A stretch of 64,000 bases of DNA from a virus (Duplodnaviria > Caudoviricetes): positions 3,527 to 67,526 of IMG/VR virus record IMGVR_UViG_3300037249_000571. One strand, 5' to 3'. Position 1 is the first letter of the stretch; each line of letters begins with the position of its first letter. The notes below the pieces were generated by a model, which searched no databases, had not been told where the DNA came from, and worked only from the letters and a program-made list of their open reading frames with translations. This document shows positions 36,730 through 44,066 of the stretch, one piece after another. A program made the position numbers and the translations under genes.

Positions 36730-36774
36730 TCCACCTCCAAAAAGAAAAGAGCCCTTGTGATTGGGCTCTCGTCT

Positions 36775-36927
36775 TTATTCGTCCTTGTTCATGTTGGTCA
36801 AAGCTTCCTGAACTTTTTCTTCGATTTTCTGGTTCAGCTTGACTTCACTGACAATACTGCTCAATGCGCTTACAATAATGCCGGTGACACCAAGAATCTT
36901 CCCCAAAACGTTAATCCATTTATTCAT
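36775..36927 (-). CDS. 50-aa amphipathic/TM protein (not in ORF track) in its own promoter-terminator cassette
   Basis: AAGGAGG RBS; motif 36944-36972 upstream; terminator about 36739-36770. Confidence 0.65.
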   Translation of the reverse strand: MNKWINVLGKILGVTGIIVSALSSIVSEVKLNQKIEEKVQEALTNMNKDE

Positions 36928-37220
36928 GCTTTCACCTCCTTTTCCGTAACAGGCTTTGTTTTTTTCGCGGAATCTGAGATTGTCCCGGCAAAGATATATT
37001 CCGCTATAGAGCCATCGTCAAATGCGATCCGGCATGCTCTCGGATAGCCTCCCAGAATATGTGATCTAAGCTCAACGCCGGGATAATCAACATCAATGAG
37101 ACTTATTGCTCTTTTGTGCTGATCGAAGCATTCTTCTGCTTCCTGTGCCGTATTGAATACCATGCCGCATCCCGCGCACTTGTAACGAGTAACGATCTCT
37201 ACTTTCGGCATCATTTCCAT
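36924..37220 (-). CDS. zinc-finger-like hypothetical protein
   Basis: YKCAGCG...AEECFDQH. Confidence 0.55.
   Translation of the reverse strand: MEMMPKVEIVTRYKCAGCGMVFNTAQEAEECFDQHKRAISLIDVDYPGVELRSHILGGYPRACRIAFDDGSIAEYIFAGTISDSAKKTKPVTEKEVKA
36944..36972 (-). promoter_or_regulatory. phage promoter-like motif
   Basis: TTCCGC-17-TTACGG. Confidence 0.65.
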
Positions 37221-37223
37221 TGC

Positions 37224-38012
37224 TCATTCCTCCGCGTTCTCATCCAGCGAATGAGGGCCGAAAGGCATGTCGATTGAGCATACGATCAGCCCATCATCCG
37301 TTGCGTAATGCCTGTGGTCAAAGTCGATCCATCGATAACCATAGTCCGTTTCCCCGATGTACTCGTCCCAACCTACAAGATCGCCCTCCGGGACGTGCTC
37401 CAGGCCGAATATATCCAAGACTTCGTTCAGCGTGATGTCGCCGTTCAGCTTGAAATATCGGTTGATTTCGTATTCAGCCCGAAGCACTTCTTCCATGGTG
37501 CGTTCAAAGAATTTCGGTGTTCCGCAGTATTCAAAGTAAAAGGTCTGCTTTTCGTTCCAGGGTGGATCATCCCGCTTCTGTTCTTCTTCCTCTTGAAGAA
37601 TCGCGCGGCTGATCGTTCTATTCGTGCCCTCTCCGCAGATCGTGTCCGTCTTTTTCCGATAGTTTTGGAATAGCTGTTCCAAGGCGGCGTAGGCTCCGGC
37701 AAGCTCGGCCTGTTTCCGTTTGTTCAGCACATTCGCGCCAAATATACAGGACAGCGAGGCAGCCCCCATCATAACAGTCGGAATATAATCGACCCAGCAG
37801 GCTTTGACGGTTTCCAGCATGGTCAGCTTTGGTAAACCGATTTCTTTTGGATTACCTGCTTTATTGACTCGCGCTTTGTCGATCTTGACAAGCGCCTTGG
37901 GCGTCGCTTTCACTGCCAGCGCCACCGTTGTGACCATACTGCCAGCGCCTAAGAAGGTCAAGGCAGTCGCTCCGTTTTCTTTCATCCATTTTTGAATATC
38001 AAAGTTCGTCAT
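37224..38012 (-). CDS. DUF6353-like protein, paralog 3
   Basis: LAVKATPKAL, KRKQAELAGAY, ITLNEVLDIFGL, VGWD. Confidence 0.75.
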   Translation of the reverse strand: MTNFDIQKWMKENGATALTFLGAGSMVTTVALAVKATPKALVKIDKARVNKAGNPKEIGLPKLTMLETVKACWVDYIPTVMMGAASLSCIFGANVLNKRKQAELAGAYAALEQLFQNYRKKTDTICGEGTNRTISRAILQEEEEQKRDDPPWNEKQTFYFEYCGTPKFFERTMEEVLRAEYEINRYFKLNGDITLNEVLDIFGLEHVPEGDLVGWDEYIGETDYGYRWIDFDHRHYATDDGLIVCSIDMPFGPHSLDENAEE

Positions 38013-38047
38013 TTTCTCCCATCCTTTCCAAAGAAGAAGAGCCCTTG

Positions 38048-38266
38048 CTAAAGCTCTTCCACTTTCTGGTCGATCAGCCGCATCAGTTCTTTTTCAGTCA
38101 TTGTCACAGTCACATTAAGTTGTAAAGTCACATTTCCGTTGTTCAGTGCCGTATCTATTTCGTTAAAACGGATTGCTGCACTATCGCAGTCTAACCGTTT
38201 CCGAATCAGCCCGGTCACAATCTTAGAAACCATTTTCTTTACGAATCCCGTATTGATAATTGACAT
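38048..38266 (-). CDS. hypothetical early protein
   Basis: AAGGAGG RBS; motif at 38295-38323. Confidence 0.65.
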   Translation of the reverse strand: MSIINTGFVKKMVSKIVTGLIRKRLDCDSAAIRFNEIDTALNNGNVTLQLNVTVTMTEKELMRLIDQKVEEL

Positions 38267-38294
38267 AAATCATTCCTCCTTTTTCGGCTGTCTT

Positions 38295-38323
38295 CCATAA
38301 TATGGAATGCAGTTTTCGCGGAA
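38295..38323 (-). promoter_or_regulatory. phage promoter-like motif
   Basis: TTCCGC-17-TTATGG, fused to upstream terminator T-tract. Confidence 0.7.
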
Positions 38324-38364
38324 AGAAAAAGAAGACGGCTTGCTGTTGCCGTCCCCTTCGTTCG

Positions 38365-38589
38365 TTACCGATATTCCACCACGGTTGCCTGTCCGCTCAT
38401 GATCGTTTTCGTCCGCATGAAGGATAGGAAAGAGCCTTCCAGCATATAAACATACAATGGTTCTCCCTCGTCGCCGTAGCCCTGATCCAACCCGACCAGT
38501 GTGCCGCCGCCCTCAAAGGGTTCTCCCTTGTGCTGTTCATAGTAGTCCCGCATTTCCTTCGTTCCTTCCACACATACTCCAAATACCAT
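38365..38589 (-). CDS. hypothetical early protein (paralog of 39425..39673)
   Basis: from MVFGVC with GGAGG RBS. Confidence 0.6.
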   Translation of the reverse strand: MVFGVCVEGTKEMRDYYEQHKGEPFEGGGTLVGLDQGYGDEGEPLYVYMLEGSFLSFMRTKTIMSGQATVVEYR

Positions 38590-38619
38590 TTGTCTCGCCT
38601 CCATTTCAAATTCGGTTTT

Positions 38620-38648
38620 CCATAACAGAATCTGAAAATTTCGCGCTA
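38620..38648 (-). promoter_or_regulatory. phage promoter-like motif (variant)
   Basis: TAGCGC-17-TTATGG. Confidence 0.55.
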
Positions 38649-39005
38649 AATATCTCTCCGGTCGAACACGGTCTCCCAGCGTTCCTTGGGAAGCGGTTTC
38701 ATTTTCAGCGCCCACATGATCTGCCTTACCGTTACCGTAGGATATAATCCATCCTTACCCGGCCCGGCCCGCTCCTCGAAGAATGCCCGAAAGCCTGCGT
38801 TCAGATAAACGGCGTCCGTCACCCATGGATCGATCTCGCTCCACCACGTCTTTTTCGTCTCCGGATCGAATCGCTGTTGGATCACAGCAAGTCCTTTTCC
38901 CCCGATTTCGTACAGTGTGCAGCGTGTATAAACGGGATGCTCGCAAATGTAAATCCGGCCGTACATACTCGTATGAAAAGCCGGCTTCTCGAAATGGTAC
39001 CGCAT
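38646..39005 (-). CDS. conserved hypothetical early protein
   Basis: from MRYHFEKP; GLAVIQQRFD..K.TWW..IDPW. Confidence 0.65.
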   Translation of the reverse strand: MRYHFEKPAFHTSMYGRIYICEHPVYTRCTLYEIGGKGLAVIQQRFDPETKKTWWSEIDPWVTDAVYLNAGFRAFFEERAGPGKDGLYPTVTVRQIMWALKMKPLPKERWETVFDRRDI

Positions 39006-39058
39006 ATCGCCTCCGAGCAAAAAGAAGAGCCCTTGTAAGGCCCTCCTTTTGTGAAACG

Positions 39059-39331
39059 TCATACTTTGATCAGAATCCCTTCCCGTGCCACCATATCCGC
39101 GAACGCAACATGCTTGGTGAAGTCAGCGGTTTTCACAGCTTCCTTGTAGTCCTTGTACAGTCCCGGCCGGTCGTCTACGGCATAAATAACGACGGATTCA
39201 GGATTTGTGTTTATCATCCATCGCGCTAACCGCAGCATATTCCGAATCGAGATTTCTTCCCCTGTCAGAAACTTGTAGTCCACCACTTTCAGCACCTTGT
39301 TGAATGCGTACAAATATACCTTCCTGTCCAT
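39059..39331 (-). CDS. hypothetical early protein
   Basis: AAAGGAG RBS; motif 39359-39387. Confidence 0.65.
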   Translation of the reverse strand: MDRKVYLYAFNKVLKVVDYKFLTGEEISIRNMLRLARWMINTNPESVVIYAVDDRPGLYKDYKEAVKTADFTKHVAFADMVAREGILIKV

Positions 39332-39358
39332 GTTCTTTCTCCTTTCATTTGTGAGTTT

Positions 39359-39387
39359 CCATAACAGCGTTCGTAAATATCGCGGAC
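39359..39387 (-). promoter_or_regulatory. phage promoter-like motif
   Basis: GTCCGC-17-TTATGG; nearly identical to 39706-39734. Confidence 0.7.
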
Positions 39388-39424
39388 AAAAAGAGAAAGC
39401 GCCTTGTAATCGGCGCTTCCGTCT

Positions 39425-39673
39425 TTACCAACCTTTCAAAACCGAGCAAGCATGATGAATGCATTCAAGATGAATTTTGTGCCAGAGATACGACCAAAGC
39501 GGTCCAGTACACAGAAAAGCAATTCCGGCATTCTTTTTTTCTTCAAACGGTGTTATAAGATCGACTATCGAATAGCCTCTCAAATTCGCACCGTTGCCAT
39601 AGCGTTTTCCAGAATGTTCTTCCGCGTAACGGATCACCTCAGGAGTATTTTTCATCATCACCACGAATTTCAT
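39425..39673 (-). CDS. hypothetical early protein (paralog of 38365..38589)
   Basis: AAGGAGG RBS; own promoter motif and terminator. Confidence 0.65.
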   Translation of the reverse strand: MKFVVMMKNTPEVIRYAEEHSGKRYGNGANLRGYSIVDLITPFEEKKNAGIAFLCTGPLWSYLWHKIHLECIHHACSVLKGW

Positions 39674-39705
39674 GCATCTTTCCTCCTTCGTTTTTGTTTA
39701 TGTTT

Positions 39706-39734
39706 CCATAACAGCATTCGTAAATATCGCGGAC
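39706..39734 (-). promoter_or_regulatory. phage promoter-like motif
   Basis: GTCCGC-17-TTATGG. Confidence 0.7.
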
Positions 39735-39788
39735 AAAAAGAAAGAGGCCGTGAATTTCTCACGACCCCGTTCTTTGAGTCATCCGTCA

Positions 39789-40184
39789 TCACTTCTTGAA
39801 TTGGAACAGTCGCAGATGGCTCGACACCCATTGTTCTGTTTTCTTGGTAAACGAACCGGTCTTCTCAAACTGTATTCCTTCCATCATCCAGAAACAGGAA
39901 ACCACCGTAGGGATCAGCAGTGAAGCCCCGTCCAATACGCATTTGACGATCCTGTCCTTCTTGCCCTGCTCCTCCTTTTGCTTCAGTTCTTTCGACTTCC
40001 AAGTCATGTCGTCGAACCTCGCGCCGGATTCGTTGTCAGCATGCTTCCGATCCATCAGCTGCTTATGTAAAGCCGTCAACTTCTGCAATTCCCATGATGC
40101 CTCTTCTGAATCTTTTTTGGCGTCGGATACCGCTTGGAGTGAAATCCGGTACGCTTCCTCCAGCATCACTTCAATGTCGTCCAT
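39789..40184 (-). CDS. coiled-coil protein with C-terminal hydrophobic segment
   Basis: 131 aa; RBS; motif 40218-40246. Confidence 0.65.
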   Translation of the reverse strand: MDDIEVMLEEAYRISLQAVSDAKKDSEEASWELQKLTALHKQLMDRKHADNESGARFDDMTWKSKELKQKEEQGKKDRIVKCVLDGASLLIPTVVSCFWMMEGIQFEKTGSFTKKTEQWVSSHLRLFQFKK

Positions 40185-40217
40185 AGTCTTTCCTCCTTAT
40201 TTGTAATCAGGATTTCT

Positions 40218-40246
40218 CCATCAAAGCGGGTGTTATTCTCGCGGAA
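40218..40246 (-). promoter_or_regulatory. phage promoter-like motif
   Basis: TTCCGC-17-TGATGG. Confidence 0.65.
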
Positions 40247-40478
40247 TATAATTTTCCCGAAGCACTTGGAACGTGACGTATTCCTGCGTCTGAAGTTTGG
40301 CATACCCTTCGTTCATCAGTTCCAGAAATAAATAAGGCGGCTCGTCCGGATCGGACCGATCAACTCGGAGCGTCCCGATAACACGTCCTTTATGATCTCG
40401 AACGATAATGCACGCCCCAGTAATAATGCCAAATATAAAGCACCCAACCAAAGCGATAATGATAATCACCGTATTCAT
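40233..40478 (-). CDS. N-terminal TM protein
   Basis: IGTLRVDRSDPDEPPYLFLEL; preceded by TGaTACAAT extended -10 (40494-40502). Confidence 0.65.
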   Translation of the reverse strand: MNTVIIIIALVGCFIFGIITGACIIVRDHKGRVIGTLRVDRSDPDEPPYLFLELMNEGYAKLQTQEYVTFQVLRENYIPRE

Positions 40479-40575
40479 TTTGCACCTCCATAGATTGTAT
40501 CACACAGATTCGTCACCTGCGTACTGTTTTTGAGAAAAGAAAGAGGCCATGCGTGTTTGCATGACCCCTGTTCCG

Positions 40576-40956
40576 TCAACCTTGCGTACCAGCGTCAAAG
40601 ATGTCCAGAACCACAGCGATCGGTGTTTCCATGGTGATGGTTTCCACGCCGCAGTCTTTCACGATCGATTCGCCCAGTTTTCCGATGTCCGCCATGGTCA
40701 GCTTGTTTACGATCATGTTCTTGAAGTTGGGGCACTCCTGCCAGAAATCCAGCATTTCTCCCACAGCCAGCTTGTTCGCCGGTGTAATATCATTCACCTT
40801 GAAATTACTGCCGGGAGGAACGTCGCATCCAACAGCCTTTGTCATTCCCCGCGTCATGAGCATGAGCCCGGCAATGCCGGCCACCGCGCTTCCGATACCT
40901 GCGATAGCGTCCTTGTGCTGCCCGATGAATTCCTTCACCTTTTCACCTTTAGTCAT
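40576..40956 (-). CDS. membrane-anchored hypothetical protein
   Basis: from MTKGEK with AGGAGG RBS; motif 40991-41019. Confidence 0.65.
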   Translation of the reverse strand: MTKGEKVKEFIGQHKDAIAGIGSAVAGIAGLMLMTRGMTKAVGCDVPPGSNFKVNDITPANKLAVGEMLDFWQECPNFKNMIVNKLTMADIGKLGESIVKDCGVETITMETPIAVVLDIFDAGTQG

Positions 40957-40990
40957 TGTTCTTTCCTCCTTAAATATGATACCTTTCGGT

Positions 40991-41019
40991 TCATAAAACG
41001 CCATGTATTTTTCGCGGAA
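40991..41019 (-). promoter_or_regulatory. phage promoter-like motif
   Basis: TTCCGC-17-TTATGA. Confidence 0.7.
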
Positions 41020-41021
41020 TG

Positions 41022-41429
41022 CTATTTTCGCGCTTTGTCCAGCAGCCAGAAAAACCGCCTATACATGGTATACCAGACTTCTTTGCAGCATGGCGGCATC
41101 AGTTTGCTGTAGGAATATCCCTGTGTTACCGCTAAAATCATGTAATTGCTTAAATCGCCGGCAGCCTCCTCCGCAGTATGAGTCACCATGTCAAGCCTTT
41201 CGCGAAAATATAGCTTTGCTTCCGCATATTTTGCGGTAGGATCTGCCATATCGCTATCCTTGCGCTTCTCAACGATGCTTCTTGACACAATGGACGCCCC
41301 GTCAAGCGAAGCATAACATCTGATCCACTCGTTATACTGCATACAGAAGTGGCTCAATTCGTAATACCGATGCTTTGAAATCCAATACGTATTCTTTTCC
41401 GACAGTTCCGGACGAATATCCGTACTCAT
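41022..41429 (-). CDS. putative ArpU/RinA-like transcriptional regulator
   Basis: SDMADPTAKYA, AVTQGYSY, YRRFFWLL pattern resembling phage activators (inference). Confidence 0.45.
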   Translation of the reverse strand: MSTDIRPELSEKNTYWISKHRYYELSHFCMQYNEWIRCYASLDGASIVSRSIVEKRKDSDMADPTAKYAEAKLYFRERLDMVTHTAEEAAGDLSNYMILAVTQGYSYSKLMPPCCKEVWYTMYRRFFWLLDKARK

Positions 41430-41585
41430 ATCAAACCCTCCATTTTCAATTTAGAATAGATATAGCTTGCTAATCTTTCGGCGGTCCTCGCGGCCAAAAA
41501 ACACAAAAATCCATCTCATTTCTAATCTAAGTTAAAAATTCTATCTTAGAATAGAATATCAGATGGCAAAAAGAAAGAGCCCTTG

Positions 41586-41870
41586 TTATTGGGCTCTGTC
41601 CTCACAGCAGTGATTCCTAATATAATTGTTCATTTTAGTACAATGGCTTTTCGCCCAGCGTGGGAGCACATAGGGCCACATCAGCGCCATCCTGCCTATC
41701 TGCTTGAGCGTAACTTCCTCTTCGGTTCCGTAAAGTTCGTCCAACGCGTTTTTCGTTACCACGATTCCGTATTTCACGCAGAAGTACAGGTCTAAAGCCA
41801 GCAATGTTCCCGTAGTAGCTAACAAGCCGATTCCTTCGTACCACCATACCAACAGTATCAGATTCGTCAT
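41586..41870 (-). CDS. membrane protein, first gene after attP
   Basis: TM segments; AGGAGG RBS; motif 41885-41913. Confidence 0.65.
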   Translation of the reverse strand: MTNLILLVWWYEGIGLLATTGTLLALDLYFCVKYGIVVTKNALDELYGTEEEVTLKQIGRMALMWPYVLPRWAKSHCTKMNNYIRNHCCEDRAQ

Positions 41871-41884
41871 AGCGAATCACCTCC

Positions 41885-41913
41885 TCATAGGAGGCTGTGT
41901 ATATATCGCGGAA
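41885..41913 (-). promoter_or_regulatory. phage promoter-like motif
   Basis: TTCCGC-17-CTATGA. Confidence 0.65.
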
Positions 41914-42022
41914 AAATAAAAGAGAAAGTAAACCATATCATCAAGAAAATTCCGTTCTGCCGGAACTTTATTCATGATACGTCCTGAATCGAGCAGCATA
42001 CCGGCCAAGTGACATCCAGTTT

Positions 42023-42067
42023 TTGGTAAGGATGAGGTCCCCAGTTCGAATCTGGGTATCAGCTCCA
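42023..42067 (+). other. attP core: 3' half of tRNA-Thr(GGT)
   Basis: TTGGTAA anticodon loop, GGATG, AGGTC, T-arm CCCAG-TTCGAAT-CTGGG, TATCAGC-T-CCA; 5' half and D-arm absent; next to integrase. Confidence 0.9.
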
Positions 42068-42069
42068 GT

Positions 42070-42097
42070 AAACCAGTCAGAAATGGCTGGTTTTTTT
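42070..42097 (+). terminator. intrinsic terminator after the tRNA fragment
   Basis: AACCAGTC/GGCTGGTT stem plus T-run. Confidence 0.75.
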
Positions 42098-42176
42098 CTA
42101 TATTTGTACATTTTCAAGCGTTTTGATGTGGTTTTTGGCTCAGAACCATACATCTCATCTTTTCGCTCGGCCCATT

Positions 42177-42264
42177 TTCGTCAGTAAATTCGTCAATTGC
42201 CCTTCCCGGAAACCCTTATGACATAAGGCTTTGGAGGCATTTTCTTCGTCAATTTTTCGTCAGT
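42177..42264. repeat. putative integrase arm-type sites
   Basis: TTCGTCART at 42177, 42189, 42245, 42256 (two tandem pairs). Confidence 0.6.
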
Positions 42265-43435
42265 TAGCCGCCAATCCGTAACAGGATGCGATGGCCTGGC
42301 TGGCGTCCGCGGCTCTGCTCCGGCCCTTGTCGTAGTGTTTCAGGGTGATCTGCGGCGTAGAGTGACCCAAAGATTTCTGCACCAGTTTCAGATCGTGGGT
42401 CATGGCAGAAATATCCGTCGCAACCGTCGTCCTGAACCGCCTTGGAGTGATGGTCTCCCCAAACTTGGTTTGGTAGTTGATGCGTTTGCGTAAGCCACGA
42501 AGCTGCATGTAGCTCAAGGGCTTTTCTCCGCCGATCACGAACTCGTCCGGCTGTCCGCGTTCGGGTAAGTACGCCAGAATCTCCTGCGGGAAAACCAGAT
42601 GGCGCACGCTGGACGCTGTTTTTGTATAAGACTTGAAGTGGGGTTCGTTGCGGGTCGGATGAGTGACAGTGTTCTGAACATGAATCATGCAGGATTCTTC
42701 GTCCACGTCCTCCCACTTCAATCCAAGCACTTCCTCTGGACGAAGCGGCAGGGACAGAGACAACGCGAGCCAGGCGCGATCTGTCGGCTTTACCACGTCG
42801 TTCAGATGGCTCGCCAAATATCGCATCTGCTCAATGGTGTAAGGCTCCGTTTCCTCGGCGGCAAGCCCTTTGATACGGATGGATGACGCCTTCAGCGGGT
42901 TTTTCATGATGAATCCGTCGTCAATCGCTTTGTTGAAGATCTGGTTCAACACGTTTTTGACCTTGTCTTTTGACCCCTGCTTCATATCGTCGCCCATAGC
43001 GTTGAATACGCGCTGCACGTCCTCCGCCGTAATATCTTCTACGTTCAAACCGTTGAGAATCGGGTAAATATAATTCCTTAACTGCCGTTCATAGGTTACG
43101 GCGGTCACGCGATCGATGTTTGGCTTGGAAAACACTTCAAACCAATTGTCTGCGTAAGCTTTGAACGGATGCTTTTCTTGTGGCCGTGTATCCTCCTGCG
43201 GCCCCATCGCCAGCCTCAGCAATTTGTTTGCGTATTCCTGTTCCGAATTGGCTGTAAGCCAGACCTTGGTTCCGTTTACCGTAACCTGACGGCGGATTTT
43301 GCTTGTGTTCAGTGGCATTTCTTCCTCGCTTTCCTCACGAGGCAAATATGCTGCTCGATTGTCAAGATCCTCGGATGAACAGAGCTTCTGTCCGATCCGA
43401 TTCAAAGTATACCGAATCAACTTATTCATTGTCAA
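42260..43435 (-). CDS. int: tyrosine integrase
   Basis: LRPEEV (R), TPRRFR (HxxR variant), LGH, LKHY (Y). Confidence 0.9.
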   Translation of the reverse strand: MTMNKLIRYTLNRIGQKLCSSEDLDNRAAYLPREESEEEMPLNTSKIRRQVTVNGTKVWLTANSEQEYANKLLRLAMGPQEDTRPQEKHPFKAYADNWFEVFSKPNIDRVTAVTYERQLRNYIYPILNGLNVEDITAEDVQRVFNAMGDDMKQGSKDKVKNVLNQIFNKAIDDGFIMKNPLKASSIRIKGLAAEETEPYTIEQMRYLASHLNDVVKPTDRAWLALSLSLPLRPEEVLGLKWEDVDEESCMIHVQNTVTHPTRNEPHFKSYTKTASSVRHLVFPQEILAYLPERGQPDEFVIGGEKPLSYMQLRGLRKRINYQTKFGETITPRRFRTTVATDISAMTHDLKLVQKSLGHSTPQITLKHYDKGRSRAADASQAIASCYGLAAN

Positions 43436-43511
43436 CCTCCGAAATATAATAGTGAAGAAAATCCAAAAGAGAAAGCGCCCGCCGCGTGGACGAGCGCCTT
43501 CCCCTCATTGA

Positions 43512-43751
43512 TTATTCTTCGTCCAGTTCCTGAACCGCAGCGGCCACTTTGTCATACTGCGCCTTGCTGATGCCCAGGATGACGCCGAGGAACGTGTCTA
43601 CGGCGGTGATCGTACCAACCACCTGCTCCCCGTAAGGAAAGCCCCAAATGCCTGCCAGGGCGAAATAGAGCGTTCCAACAGCGGGAAGCAGGTACTGGGC
43701 GACCCATTTGAGCTGGTCATACGTCTTGTTGCTGAAGACAAGCATATCCAA
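43512..43751 (-). CDS. holin (Dp-1 type)
   Basis: SNKTYDQLKWVAQYLLPAVGTLYFALAGIWGFPYGEQVVGTITAVDTFLG. Confidence 0.85.
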   Translation of the reverse strand: MDMLVFSNKTYDQLKWVAQYLLPAVGTLYFALAGIWGFPYGEQVVGTITAVDTFLGVILGISKAQYDKVAAAVQELDEE

Positions 43752-43757
43752 TCCCTC

Positions 43758-44066
43758 CTATCCTTTGATCGGCAGTCGATTAACTTCCTGCATGATCCGT
43801 TTGGCGGACCCGTTGCCGCCCATTTCCTCATAGGGTTTGTACAGGTACTCATACAGATTTTCGTATTCGTCGTGGGTGATATAGCCACGTTCGATATACT
43901 TCATAGAAAGGTACATGATGCGGTCGTGCCCCAGCCCGATCAGCATCCGGGTGCGCACGTCCTTTTTATCCGTCCGTTTCTGAAGCCAGGCCCAAAATCC
44001 GGATGACGCAAGGACCGCGCCGATAATGGTCAACACAGTTTTCAGCCATTCGGGCATAGCGATCAA
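43758..44066 (-). CDS. lysis-module membrane protein
   Basis: N-terminal TM; LGHDRI...YEEMGGNG pattern common in Firmicutes phage lysis modules. Confidence 0.65.
   Translation of the reverse strand: MIAMPEWLKTVLTIIGAVLASSGFWAWLQKRTDKKDVRTRMLIGLGHDRIMYLSMKYIERGYITHDEYENLYEYLYKPYEEMGGNGSAKRIMQEVNRLPIKG

Noticed and set aside
41465-41495. Eleventh copy of the phage promoter motif (GGCCGCG)
   Set aside because: No TTATGR-like element at 17 nt spacing (TAGCAA)
42012-42067. Full phage tRNA-Thr gene
   Set aside because: No D-arm or 5' acceptor strand; the upstream CATCC is out of register with the anticodon loop, so only an att core is supported
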